Made by a program: the position numbers and the translations under genes | Origin: a virus | Lineage: Duplodnaviria > Caudoviricetes | Virus record (IMG/VR): IMGVR_UViG_3300017432_000006 | Location: 8,857 to 72,856 of that record | Strand: one strand, 5' to 3' | DNA length: 64,000 nt | Shown: piece after piece, positions 21,148-31,208 of the stretch | How positions within the stretch are numbered: position 1 is the first letter of the stretch | Layout of the letters: every line of letters starts with the position of its first letter | Notes under the pieces: model-generated | Databases searched by the model: none | Seen by the model: the letters and a program-made list of their open reading frames with translations, nothing else | What the model was told of the DNA's origin: nothing

Positions 21148-22338
21148 TTAGTATGTTGCAGAATATGTTGCTGAGTATCCACCCGCCGGAGGCGAGTAAA
21201 CTGCTCTTCTCATTGTATTACCAAGTGCAAAAACAACGTTTCCTCTTGCTGTAGGACCCACGATAAAGTGTACTGTTGAAGTATTGTTTGTTGTGTCTCT
21301 GAAAATTTCAATCCATTCCGCGCCCTTACCTAGCGGGTTCACAAGAATGAGTGCTTGCACTTGCGCTGACGCGCCCTGAGTAGTCAAGAACATCGGTGCT
21401 GTCGAAAGGTGCTTCGACTTGAATGCGCAGTAAGCGATGCCCTGGGCTCCGGTGTTACCGGCCCATACTGCACCAAGACGAGAACCACCTTGCTTTCGGT
21501 ATCCCTCACGTAGTAGTGTCTTTGTTGAATACGGAACACCGTCGGGTGCAAGTACGATTGCCTCTTCTGTCAAAGCGATAGTTGTTGACTGGAAAGTACC
21601 GGCTCCTGTCCATTCTGTAGGAACAGTGAATGAGTCCCACGTCAAACCATGGTCGTCTGAGTACATCACCAGAGACTTATTAGAAGCAAGGTGACCACTG
21701 GCGTCTCCGTAGGTAAACCAAATTCTGTCCCACTTCTTGTCGTATGCTACTGCGTGACAGTGAAGGTTGACAACCCCTGGGAACATTACAGTAAGGTCTA
21801 GGATGACTCTCCATGTATTACCCGCGTCTTCTGACCAATACACTCTCGTTGCCTTGGCTGATTGATCTGTTCCTGAATCTGTTTGTACACCGTATTCGCA
21901 TGTCACGATATAGTTTTCTGCGTGGCAGAACTGATTCATTCCCCATACTGATCTGATGTACCCGGCCTGTGTCTGAAACACGTTTGTCCATGTGGCGGTT
22001 GCCGGATTTGGTGACCAGTTAGTGCTCTTGTACAAATAACCCGGACTTGCTGTACCACCCTGACAAACAACAATGACTTCACCGTTGTCGAGGAACGTCA
22101 TTCCTTCAATGTTGAAGGCAAACGTGTTAACTGTCGTCCAGTTATCACCGTCGTCAACACTCTGGTAAAGTGTCTTCTGGTTGTCGGGGTTAGTCGTGAT
22201 GCCTCGGGCGTAAATCTTTGTTGCGTCAGGAGACATACCGATAAGACGGTAGTTGGTTGACAATGTTGTCACTTCCGTCAAATAAGTATTTGTAAACCTT
22301 ACCGGAATAGATGCTGGGTCAATTGTCTGTACTGTCAT
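21148..22338 (-). CDS. Beta-propeller (BNR/Asp-box, sialidase-like) protein
   Basis: Asp-box repeats SVDDGDNW, SEDAGNTW, SDDHGLTW. Confidence 0.7.
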   Translation of the reverse strand: MTVQTIDPASIPVRFTNTYLTEVTTLSTNYRLIGMSPDATKIYARGITTNPDNQKTLYQSVDDGDNWTTVNTFAFNIEGMTFLDNGEVIVVCQGGTASPGYLYKSTNWSPNPATATWTNVFQTQAGYIRSVWGMNQFCHAENYIVTCEYGVQTDSGTDQSAKATRVYWSEDAGNTWRVILDLTVMFPGVVNLHCHAVAYDKKWDRIWFTYGDASGHLASNKSLVMYSDDHGLTWDSFTVPTEWTGAGTFQSTTIALTEEAIVLAPDGVPYSTKTLLREGYRKQGGSRLGAVWAGNTGAQGIAYCAFKSKHLSTAPMFLTTQGASAQVQALILVNPLGKGAEWIEIFRDTTNNTSTVHFIVGPTARGNVVFALGNTMRRAVYSPPAGGYSATYSATY

Positions 22339-22760
22339 ACTGTAATCTCCGTATATACCATAATCGTTACTGCTCCCGACACTGCCTGCCCCGTAGGTGT
22401 TCGGGCATAAATCTTCTGTGTATTACCTGACGTATCGACAAACTGAGAACCGGCGGGTACCGTTGTCCATGTTGAAGGATAGTTACCGTTGGCATTTGTC
22501 GTATTGATGTAGGCGACCTGAATGTCTCTACCCTGTGTGTCAGGGTTTACGACTACCAACTTGGTACGCTTCTGTTCAACATATCTGATGACCGGCGGGT
22601 TTGCGTCATTCTTAGCCACCATTTTGTTGTACGAGTAGATAGTCGTCGGCAAAGGATTTGCTTTGAGGTCTCTCCACGTTCTGAATCTAACAGCAGAATC
22701 ATTGACAGACGCTGCGATTAGAGCGAGTTCTGCGTTAAGTTCTGCTTGACTCTTAGGCAC
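22335..22760 (-). CDS. Hypothetical virion-associated protein
   Basis: ORF 22335..22778; GTG 22760 gives a short overlap with the upstream stop. Confidence 0.55.
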   Translation of the reverse strand: MPKSQAELNAELALIAASVNDSAVRFRTWRDLKANPLPTTIYSYNKMVAKNDANPPVIRYVEQKRTKLVVVNPDTQGRDIQVAYINTTNANGNYPSTWTTVPAGSQFVDTSGNTQKIYARTPTGQAVSGAVTIMVYTEITV

Positions 22761-23607
22761 TTGTTGCACCATCCACATATGTCTTGAGGAAATCGGCCAT
22801 GACCTTTGCTTGCGCTACTGTCTGCTCTAGTTGTGCAAGACTTCTTGGGTAAGCATAATTAGGTACTAGTGGTAGCGTTCCCATAACCGGTAGGTTTACC
22901 GTTGTCCCCCCGCCGCCCGTGTTCGCTGCGGCTGATGTACGAAGTGCCACAGGGAAACCGGCACCTGACGCCGCCGGTACAGACGAGAACATATCCTTAA
23001 TCGCTACAGACGAAGCGGTAGCAACTGTCTGCTGCACAACTGTCAAGTTCGAATCAGAACCACCGGTTGCTGTGCTGACAGTTCCAGCAACAGTCATACC
23101 AGAAGGCGCATTGAATCCACCCGGCGCACCACCTGTTGTGTTCGATGCAGCAATACCGATGTAAAGGTCGTCCGCATAACTTGTTGTAATTGCAGACAGT
23201 CTGACGCGAGGACCCGTTGTTGATGTAATTGCTACACCACTGTCGATCAGTGTTGCGTATGTTCCTGCTACGTCCAGTGTGGAACTTGCGATGTTAGATG
23301 TTCTGAATGACAATCCTAGGTGTCTTCCCGAAGCACCCCCGGCCCACGTCCATGACGTAGGCGCAGAAGCGGGTACTGTGTACTTCCATACCGACAACAG
23401 ACCTGTTGTTGAATCAGCGGGTGCGCTGACAACAGTCCAGTCCGTAGGTGTTGTTGTGTATTGTGCTGTTCCTAGTCTGTGGTAGATAAATGCAAGAAGA
23501 ACATCTCCCTCTACCGCGTTCGCAGGCTTGTTGAGAACTAATGAGGTACCGGAAGCCGAAACTCCCGTACCCACGTTTCCCGTACCTGTCAGAAGTGCTC
23601 CGGCCAT
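22753..23607 (-). CDS. Ser/Thr/Ala-rich virion-associated beta protein
   Basis: 284 aa; KPANAVEGDVLLAFI motif similar to the GDLIIVAA motif of 14813..16045. Confidence 0.55.
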   Translation of the reverse strand: MAGALLTGTGNVGTGVSASGTSLVLNKPANAVEGDVLLAFIYHRLGTAQYTTTPTDWTVVSAPADSTTGLLSVWKYTVPASAPTSWTWAGGASGRHLGLSFRTSNIASSTLDVAGTYATLIDSGVAITSTTGPRVRLSAITTSYADDLYIGIAASNTTGGAPGGFNAPSGMTVAGTVSTATGGSDSNLTVVQQTVATASSVAIKDMFSSVPAASGAGFPVALRTSAAANTGGGGTTVNLPVMGTLPLVPNYAYPRSLAQLEQTVAQAKVMADFLKTYVDGATSA

Positions 23608-25415
23608 TACGCCACCACCTGTAGAATTGCTCTAGAGTCGTTGTTGATTACTTGGTTGGTGTTAGCCACACCAACCACGGCAGGATCGTTGAATCTGTCA
23701 TAGGTGTTAAGTCCTAGTGCCACCGCGCGTGTACCCACAGAAGAACCAACGTGAATTACCGGCTGGTCTGCTGCGTAGTTTGTCTGGTAGCGTGTGAACT
23801 TGTTGCCTTGAATGAGCAACTGGCTACCGCCGGTGATCATCAGGAATCCCTTGTCGCTCGCTGTAGGTGCGTTCATACCGCCCTTGAATGACATATTGCT
23901 AATGACGTGTCCAGTACCACCAGAAATCAACATCATCTTACCGTTGAATCGTGATGAGTCCTGAGCGTCAAGCGCAAGCATATCGAATGTCGAGTTGTAT
24001 CCACCTTCAATGGTTAGTCCCCATCCAACAGTACGGGCAGTGATCATGCACTTACCGATTGTTGACTTGGACAACATCGAACGCATAAACGGCGTTGCTG
24101 TCTGTGTCGATGTTGATGAAGCAGCGAATGAATAACCGTCGTGACCGAAGACTGTTGTCTCTGATCCACCGAGGAAGATCGCTGTATCACCAATTGCCTG
24201 GAAGTGGGAAACACCGGTAGCGAATGAGCAGCCTGTGGTGTAACCGTGCCATACAGTGCTAAAGTTCTTCCAGCCTGAGTCCTTGAACTCACAGTACCAT
24301 AGTGTCTTACCGGCAATGTCAGAACCGCTCATGTTGTTTCTTGGCATCCAGTTAGTAGAAGAGCCGCCCTGCCATTGAATGTTATTCATGGTAATGTCTC
24401 TTGGCGAACCGTCGGAAGGATATGACTGACTTGTCTGTCCGTCTGCCGGGAATGCCAGTGCATTTGAACCTGATCCACCTTGCCAGTTCCAAATAGTACC
24501 ACGCTGGAACTCTCTGGAAGGACCCTCGCGGCCTAGGATCGTAGCACCACTGTACAGCGAAACGGGTACGGTTGTGTTGATCTGTCGGGCTGGTAGTCTA
24601 ACTGCTCTTGATGGTCCGCCGTTGTGATCACGAAGGTATGCATTAAGTGCTGTCACGCGAGCGTTGTCATCAGAACCGAAGTCATCGAATGATCTTTCAC
24701 CGACGCTCATCAGAATGCTGTTAACGTCTACTGTTGTGCTACCGCTTGATGCTGGTAGTTGTGCTGCCGGTACCTTACCGTCAACAAGATCAGCCTTAAG
24801 GGCTAGTGCTGTTGACGTAGCCGCTGAAATAGGCTTCGCTGAGTCACTGGTGTTATCCACGTTACCTAGACCAACGTCACCCTTGACAAGACTTACTGAT
24901 CCTGTCTTACCCGCTACTGATGTTACGTCAGCAGTCAAGGTAATTGTGTCCCCTGCGTCGTCGGCAGTAACGGTAAGGCCGACCCCTCTCAAGGCGGTAG
25001 CAATACTGTCTCTTACTACCTCTGGGTCTGTTGTCCCGCCACTTGCTGTTACTGTTGCAGAAAGTGTGTTCGATGCGTCGTTGTAGTTCCAGGTAATACC
25101 TGTGTGGCTACCACTGGTAATCAAAGACGCTACCGCGTCCTGCACGGCTTCTGTTAAATCTGTTACCTGTGCAGAAGTGTGAGTGTGGCCGGACAGTGCG
25201 AGTGTCGGACCTCTCTTAGTCCATACGTTTGAGACCTTTTCGTACCAGTCTCCGCTTACTGTATCTCTGTACCAATTACCATTTGCTCCCAGACCGTTTG
25301 CTGGCACGCCGCTTCCAGAAAGAGTTGTTGTCCCCCCGCCGGTTCCCCCTGAGCCTGCTGGTCCCTGCATACCAGGAATCTTGATAATAAGTACGTCTGT
25401 GTTTAGCAGTACCAT
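23607..25415 (-). CDS. Fiber/tailspike-like protein with C-terminal beta-helix
   Basis: 602 aa; N-terminal ~200 aa paralogous to 17067..18311; DDFGSDDNARVTALN..RAVRLP tailspike-type entry. Confidence 0.7.
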   Translation of the reverse strand: MVLLNTDVLIIKIPGMQGPAGSGGTGGGTTTLSGSGVPANGLGANGNWYRDTVSGDWYEKVSNVWTKRGPTLALSGHTHTSAQVTDLTEAVQDAVASLITSGSHTGITWNYNDASNTLSATVTASGGTTDPEVVRDSIATALRGVGLTVTADDAGDTITLTADVTSVAGKTGSVSLVKGDVGLGNVDNTSDSAKPISAATSTALALKADLVDGKVPAAQLPASSGSTTVDVNSILMSVGERSFDDFGSDDNARVTALNAYLRDHNGGPSRAVRLPARQINTTVPVSLYSGATILGREGPSREFQRGTIWNWQGGSGSNALAFPADGQTSQSYPSDGSPRDITMNNIQWQGGSSTNWMPRNNMSGSDIAGKTLWYCEFKDSGWKNFSTVWHGYTTGCSFATGVSHFQAIGDTAIFLGGSETTVFGHDGYSFAASSTSTQTATPFMRSMLSKSTIGKCMITARTVGWGLTIEGGYNSTFDMLALDAQDSSRFNGKMMLISGGTGHVISNMSFKGGMNAPTASDKGFLMITGGSQLLIQGNKFTRYQTNYAADQPVIHVGSSVGTRAVALGLNTYDRFNDPAVVGVANTNQVINNDSRAILQVVA

Positions 25416-25696
25416 TATGCTCCTATCGTAATAATTCCGTTATTTAGAATTGACTCAGTGTTGTTGATGACAACCGCTATCTTGTAGAAGAGTCTGTCGT
25501 AAGGGATAGCGAGGGTTGCGGCTGTGTCTAGTTCAAGAACAGCCTTCAATCCGTCAAAGGGCAGTTCTGCCTTTTGTACGTCATTGCCGTACTCTAGATA
25601 AATGAAGACTTTGGCATCTTGACGGAACACGGGTCTGCCGTTGCTGTCAATGAAGTTGATTTCTTCTCTAAAGTGCTGACCACGGGTGATGTGCAT
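25415..25696 (-). CDS. Small Ig-like structural protein
   Basis: 93 aa; resembles the adjacent ORF (I.RG..F...I.F.D). Confidence 0.5.
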   Translation of the reverse strand: MHITRGQHFREEINFIDSNGRPVFRQDAKVFIYLEYGNDVQKAELPFDGLKAVLELDTAATLAIPYDRLFYKIAVVINNTESILNNGIITIGA

Positions 25697-26085
25697 TACT
25701 GGTTAGTCACCTGCGATAGAATCTGTACGTCACCCGTAAGGAACGTTCTTGAATCGCCGTTCACATTGGCGATCTGCAAGTCATAGATGTAGAAGTCTTC
25801 GGTCAATGTTCTTGACTGAGATGAAGGAATGTAAATCCTGATGTGGTTAGCCCCATCAAGCAACTTGACTTCTGTAAAAATAGTTATGCCTGTCTCTTGC
25901 TCGTATGAAGTCTTGAACTCCATGCTCGGGGTATACCCCGTTAGGTCAATGGTACCGGCGTCGTCTCTGAGTTCGATAAATGCCTCGAAGTAGTCGCCTC
26001 GGTACAACTTAATGTCGAAGTTGGACGGCATGTTGCCAGAACCAATTGTGTCTTCTGCCGGTTGACCCGGAAATACAATGTCCAT
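25696..26085 (-). CDS. BppU-N-like/Ig-like structural protein
   Basis: IKLYRGD.F...DLTGY...YIYDLQI.....RTFLTG pattern. Confidence 0.55.
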   Translation of the reverse strand: MDIVFPGQPAEDTIGSGNMPSNFDIKLYRGDYFEAFIELRDDAGTIDLTGYTPSMEFKTSYEQETGITIFTEVKLLDGANHIRIYIPSSQSRTLTEDFYIYDLQIANVNGDSRTFLTGDVQILSQVTNQ

Positions 26086-26286
26086 ATTCTCTCCTTTGCT
26101 TTAGTTCATTATATGGTTGATACCAGCGATTTCAAAACCCCGCCGCCGGAACTTTACCACTTTTACCGGAGAATTGAACAATTACCTTGTTGTCTTCCAA
26201 TGACGTACTACTGTGAGTGACCAGTATCACTTTCCGATACTTTGGTGGTACTACAATCGTGATACTGGTCACCCTAGTAGGAAACA

Positions 26287-26712
26287 TCAACTGTAGAAGT
26301 CCGCTGCTTCTTTTGGTGATGCCACTCTAAACCCGCCGACGTTCTCTATCAAGTGATCCGCCAACTTCGTGTCTACCAACTGGAAGGGGTTACTTCTCTC
26401 AAAGCGTAGCCCCTCTGTCTCATATGATGGGTTCTTACGTGTCATCACGATAAGAGTCTTTGTTGGTACTGCTGGTACTTCTGTGAATGGGTCTGCTACT
26501 CCCGCGACAACCGCCGGGTGGCTTGCTGATACCTGACTCGCTGCTACTTGTACGTCCTCTTCGGGCTCAGGCTGCTTAATATCACTATCGGTGATTCCGT
26601 CTTCTCTCAGTGCCTCGATGAGCGCGACCTTAGAGTCGTTGTACTTCGTCTCTACTCCGTAATGCTTCGCCATCTCGAACAGCGCCTTACGGTCCAAATC
26701 TTCTAGTCTCAT
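26287..26712 (-). CDS. Capsid-associated protein with N-terminal Rho-N/HeH-like helical domain
   Basis: LEDLDRKALFEMAKHYGV...SKVALIEAL; directly after the major capsid gene. Confidence 0.55.
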   Translation of the reverse strand: MRLEDLDRKALFEMAKHYGVETKYNDSKVALIEALREDGITDSDIKQPEPEEDVQVAASQVSASHPAVVAGVADPFTEVPAVPTKTLIVMTRKNPSYETEGLRFERSNPFQLVDTKLADHLIENVGGFRVASPKEAADFYS

Positions 26713-26760
26713 AGTTGTATATCCTTTCGTTTCATTTATTGTATCAGAGTGACCTAGAGA

Positions 26761-26797
26761 AACAAATAACCCCCGGCCTAAGCCGGGGGCATTTGTT
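26761..26797 (-). terminator. Intrinsic terminator after the major capsid gene
   Basis: CCCCCGGC/GCCGGGGG stem followed by a U-rich tail. Confidence 0.75.
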
Positions 26798-26814
26798 GGT
26801 TGGTTCGACTAAGA

Positions 26815-27846
26815 TCAGTCAGCCAACTTGAGGTTTGTTGTCACAACGAAGGCATCTGTGTTCTCGACGCCTACGCCAACGCGGGTGAAGACTGTGAACT
26901 CAGTTGTGTCCTTCTTTGGACGGAACTCGCGGAAGACCTGAATCTCGCGCTTAACAGCCCAGATAAGGTTCTTAGGGTCTGTTAGCCATACGTCGGCGTG
27001 CTGTTCACCAGTCGCACCGCTGTATGTTCCAGTTCTGAACTCATCGAACTTAGGTACTTCCTGTAGAGGAATTCCGAATGCCTGACCAGTCGTGTAACCG
27101 GCTGGACCCTGCGTACGGACTGGACCGTTAGCGATGATACCGTTTCCAACAGCCTCAATGTAGTTTCCAGAAGTACCGTCAGCCAGGCTGAATAGGTAGT
27201 CCTGAATTACACCGGAACCTGTGAGGAATCGTAGAGCCGGACGCTGCTGCATGAACTTACGAGGCATCTTCTTAAGGGCTCTGTTGAACAGTGCTCTGTT
27301 GATACCCTGTCCACCGTGGTCAAGAACGTGGGCTGCTCCTTCTTCGTTACCTTCAAGAGCAATCTTTCTCCAGCCGTCGAATACACGAAGTAGTGGGTCT
27401 GTTGAAGCCTTGTCACCGTTAATAGCAAGGTCCTCAAGGTCGTTACCGGCCTGAGTCGCCATTAGACGTGCAATGTGGTCTTCAAGAGCCTCTCCTTCGA
27501 TGTTATCTTCCAGTGACTCGGTTGAGATTTCCCAATCGAGACGTAGTTTCTTCGTTGTCAATGACAACTTGGAGAAGATGACACCCTGGTTCTCACCTGT
27601 GTCAACGGCTTCGGTAGCACCACGTAGTAGTCGCTGACCAACACCGATCTTGTCGATTTCTACTTCATTGGCCGTCATACGGATCGTACGAACCTGACTT
27701 CCAAGAACTGTAGCATCCCACATGTAGTCGATGAATCGGTCTGACTGTGCTGCGTTTAGTAGGCCGGACCCGGCGGGGTTACCAATCTCGGTAGAGACGA
27801 TAACCTTTTCAAGTAGTTCTTCTTTGTTATCCACTGTAAATTTCAC
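26815..27846 (-). CDS. Major capsid protein (HK97 fold)
   Basis: 343 aa; GLLNAAQSDRFIDYM..L.TKKLRL.WEISTESLEDNIEG; follows protease/scaffold; strong terminator. Confidence 0.9.
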   Translation of the reverse strand: MKFTVDNKEELLEKVIVSTEIGNPAGSGLLNAAQSDRFIDYMWDATVLGSQVRTIRMTANEVEIDKIGVGQRLLRGATEAVDTGENQGVIFSKLSLTTKKLRLDWEISTESLEDNIEGEALEDHIARLMATQAGNDLEDLAINGDKASTDPLLRVFDGWRKIALEGNEEGAAHVLDHGGQGINRALFNRALKKMPRKFMQQRPALRFLTGSGVIQDYLFSLADGTSGNYIEAVGNGIIANGPVRTQGPAGYTTGQAFGIPLQEVPKFDEFRTGTYSGATGEQHADVWLTDPKNLIWAVKREIQVFREFRPKKDTTEFTVFTRVGVGVENTDAFVVTTNLKLAD

Positions 27847-27892
27847 TTCCTTTCAATTCTATAGTTTAGTTTGGTATTGCTAAAGGACTGAC

Positions 27893-29236
27893 TCAGAGGT
27901 TGTCCACTGAGAAGATTGAGCCGCCCCATGTACCGCCACTACTCTTAGTGATGGTATTTTCACTTGCTGATCCGCCAAGATCGCCAGATTTCTTAGATGC
28001 AGTTGTCTTTGCAACCTGACCAAGACTCTTTTCTACAGTCTCGACCTTGCCTGACAACTCATCAAACTTCTTTCTAAGACCCTCGCCGTCGGCGCGTAGT
28101 TCATTGAACTTCGTCTCGAAAGCGTCTACAGTCTTAGCAAACTTGTCTTCTAGACCCTCTAGGGCTTCCTTGTGCTCGCGCTGGCCCTTTTCAAGAGTCT
28201 CTTTAATCTTGTCCTGAAACTCGGAAATTGTCTTGACAATCTCATCGTCGGTAGTGTCCTTGTCCTCGTCCTCAGCCTTGTCCTCATCTGACTTCTCGTC
28301 AGTTGTCTCTTCTGCTGGCTCCGTTGACTCTGCACCTGCTGGAACGTCTACGATCTGGTCGTCGCTCTCAGTCTTGGTTGCTTCCTCTACCGGAAGGTCT
28401 TCGGCTGACGCACTGTCAACAGTTGCGTTGACCTCTTCATTGTCGCCGTGGTGTAGTTCTTCGTTATCTGCCACTTCGTTTCCTCCTTCCTCGGAATCCT
28501 TGAATGACTTGACGATCTGACGAACCTTGGCGACGTTTTCTTCGTCCCCGGCGGTCTCAAACCAGCCAATATTTTCCATTGGACGTGAGCAGATAGTACA
28601 GTCTGTCTTCTCCAATGTAGTCTTAATGGCAACTCCATCTGTCTTGCAGTACAGGACGTTGCGAATATCGATGTTAACGATTTCTCCCTCAACAACTGTG
28701 TTGTCAGAACCAGCAACCTTTTGAATGCTGAATACGTTGGCTAGTTGGTTGGCTCCCGCGTCACAAAGACTTAGTTCTGTGAGGTCATACTTAGTGATGA
28801 CTCTTACCTGATGTGCCTTACCATCTGCTGACTTGCGGATTTCTGACTTGGACTCCTTGACGCTACCGCCGATGCTGAAAGCCTGTAGGGTTCCGTCAAT
28901 GACCTTTTCCCATACCAAAGGAGAACCCTTTGAAATGTAAGCGTCAACGTAGATACCGCGATATACCTTGTCATCGTCGGCTGAGTAGTATTCTTCTTCT
29001 CTGTGGTTGAGCACCTTACCAATAGCGATATTGGTGTGTGACTCACGAAGGTTGAATCGTGACTTGTCAAAAGCCTCCTTAGAAGCCTCCGCCGTCACTA
29101 CGTCACCCTGGGTATCAACATTGTCCAATGTTGCGAAACCAGATACGATGCGCTTATCTTCGTTTACCTTGGCAAACGGCACTGTCAGTTGCAGTGCAGG
29201 TCCGGCTACATCGAAGTGAGTCTTCTTAATCTCCAT
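27893..29236 (-). CDS. Capsid maturation protease fused to scaffold
   Basis: N-terminal RIVSGFAT..VD.QGD..LRE.H..AFSIGG..ELSL.D protease pattern; acidic/coiled-coil C-terminal half. Confidence 0.8.
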   Translation of the reverse strand: MEIKKTHFDVAGPALQLTVPFAKVNEDKRIVSGFATLDNVDTQGDVVTAEASKEAFDKSRFNLRESHTNIAIGKVLNHREEEYYSADDDKVYRGIYVDAYISKGSPLVWEKVIDGTLQAFSIGGSVKESKSEIRKSADGKAHQVRVITKYDLTELSLCDAGANQLANVFSIQKVAGSDNTVVEGEIVNIDIRNVLYCKTDGVAIKTTLEKTDCTICSRPMENIGWFETAGDEENVAKVRQIVKSFKDSEEGGNEVADNEELHHGDNEEVNATVDSASAEDLPVEEATKTESDDQIVDVPAGAESTEPAEETTDEKSDEDKAEDEDKDTTDDEIVKTISEFQDKIKETLEKGQREHKEALEGLEDKFAKTVDAFETKFNELRADGEGLRKKFDELSGKVETVEKSLGQVAKTTASKKSGDLGGSASENTITKSSGGTWGGSIFSVDNL

Positions 29237-29283
29237 GTGATAAATCGTAACACTGTGTTTTCGAAAAGCAAAAAACTTTTCTT

Positions 29284-30855
29284 TTACGCAGTTGTACGTC
29301 CTTCTCCCTGTGTATTTCTCGCTTCGCCTGTCGAGTCAGTTCTGTTTGCCGCTCTTGTGGTGTCTCTTTCACGCGAGTTGGTTGCTTCTGCCTTCATATC
29401 TGCCTGTTGCTGACCAGAAAGAATAATCGGGTCATCCCCGCCCTCGCGGGCAGGAAGTCCTTGCTTCGCGCGAACTTCATTCGGTACATACACACCTGTT
29501 GCAAGATATGTTTGGTCGATTGCTGCACGCTGCTGTTCGTCAGATAGACTCATCTCGATCAACTTGAATCTCAATGCTTCTGTTTTCTCTGCGACCAGTT
29601 TGTTGATCTTCTTCTCGATGATCAGTTGCTCAGGCTCCACGACCTGTGTAGAGAATGTCTTATCGGCATCACGCGCTGCGGCTAGTCCCATACCTTCTGC
29701 TGCTGAGACCTTGCTGATAGGTACACGGTTAGCAGTCAAGATATCGCTGATGTTTGCCTTGCGGTAATCACCGAAAGATGAATCTTGGGTCCCGGCCTCT
29801 ACCGGCTTCATCTCAAATGAGACCTTACGCTCATTAGTGTCTGCTGGGAGCGGGATATAAATGGTTCTGTGGTTCTTACCCTTGACACCTTCAAAGAACT
29901 CGATAAGACTGTTCTCTGATGCAGACGACATGTTTCCACCTTTGACGATGATGACGTAACGGGGGACTGCCTTGTTCTCGAAGTAGTCTAGGTTGTAGAT
30001 ATTGGCAAATCTGTTACCAGCAACCGCCGGTAGCGCAGAGATGATATCTGGTACACCGTAGTAACCCGATGTAGGGCTGTACTTCTTGAAGTGCATTATT
30101 TCGTTAGGCTCTTCATCACCTACGGGGTTGTCTGTGTCAAGGTCTCCGAAGTTGCGGAAGAATACTGCCTTGTTAGAAACCATCTGTACGAAACCGTCGC
30201 GCTCCTTGCGAAGACGAATCGTAGTTGCAGGAATGTGACCGATGTATCCAATCTCACCAAAGACTGTACGACCAATTTCCAGGTAACCGTTACCTGTTGC
30301 TTCGTAGTCAGTGATGACCTTCATCAAAGTCTCTGTGATAGTATCGTCCTGGTTGCAGGAATCGATCCAATCGTAGATATCGTTCTTGTGACGCTCTAGG
30401 TTACGACGAATAGAGTTGACTCTATCTGGTCCCGTCGCTCTGTCTACCTTCTGACGTGTCTTGTGGCTTTCTACAAAGTCAAAGCCTAGTCCTACGATGT
30501 GAGAGACCTTTGTCTTGACCGCCGCGTAGTGTGTGGGGTCTTCGATGTACAGACGTGCCAGGTAGTCCATATTGAATCCCGGCTGGACGATACCCAATAG
30601 GTTATAAGCGCCTACGTCGTCCCACTCTACTCTTGTCGAACGGGCTCCCTCATATCCTTCCGCGCGCTTCTCAATTCTTGAAGCACGCTTCTTGACACTT
30701 GGCTTGAGTCCCGCGATCTTGGTGATATCGACGTCGAATGTGTCTTGAGGGGTAACGGGTAGGTTACGCGAACTGCCCAACCTTACGTTAATCTCTTTCT
30801 CAACTAGTTCTGCTCGGGCACGCTGACGTGTTCCCGCTACCTTTGGCTCATTCAT
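29284..30855 (-). CDS. Portal protein
   Basis: 523 aa; DYEATGNGYLEI, EIMHFKKYSP...YYGVPDII, VPNEVR portal motifs. Confidence 0.9.
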   Translation of the reverse strand: MNEPKVAGTRQRARAELVEKEINVRLGSSRNLPVTPQDTFDVDITKIAGLKPSVKKRASRIEKRAEGYEGARSTRVEWDDVGAYNLLGIVQPGFNMDYLARLYIEDPTHYAAVKTKVSHIVGLGFDFVESHKTRQKVDRATGPDRVNSIRRNLERHKNDIYDWIDSCNQDDTITETLMKVITDYEATGNGYLEIGRTVFGEIGYIGHIPATTIRLRKERDGFVQMVSNKAVFFRNFGDLDTDNPVGDEEPNEIMHFKKYSPTSGYYGVPDIISALPAVAGNRFANIYNLDYFENKAVPRYVIIVKGGNMSSASENSLIEFFEGVKGKNHRTIYIPLPADTNERKVSFEMKPVEAGTQDSSFGDYRKANISDILTANRVPISKVSAAEGMGLAAARDADKTFSTQVVEPEQLIIEKKINKLVAEKTEALRFKLIEMSLSDEQQRAAIDQTYLATGVYVPNEVRAKQGLPAREGGDDPIILSGQQQADMKAEATNSRERDTTRAANRTDSTGEARNTQGEGRTTA

Positions 30856-31184
30856 CAGTCGTCCTTGAATTCCTTCTTAAATCTGTATTCGTCAATCATG
30901 TTACCGAGGTCGTAAGGGTCTGGTACGTGACCTGCTGCCTCACGTTCCTTTTGGTATTCGTACTCTGCCTTTGACACAGGACGCTGACCTGATCTAAATT
31001 CTGCCTGCCCGCCCGGTACACCGTGGGCCCTGGCGGCGGCTGCTAGTGCAGCGATCTTAGATTGGTCACCCTTCTTCGATTGAATCATCATGTAATTGTA
31101 GTCGGCGTCGGTGACGTACTTCCCGTCATCTGTTCTCCATACGTAAACACCGTACTCAATATCATCTACTTGTTGGATTTTCAT
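30855..31184 (-). CDS. Conserved hypothetical protein upstream of portal
   Basis: 109-aa ORF with 1-bp overlap. Confidence 0.65.
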   Translation of the reverse strand: MKIQQVDDIEYGVYVWRTDDGKYVTDADYNYMMIQSKKGDQSKIAALAAAARAHGVPGGQAEFRSGQRPVSKAEYEYQKEREAAGHVPDPYDLGNMIDEYRFKKEFKDD

Positions 31185-31208
31185 ATTGATATTATGACAC
31201 AGTGTCTA

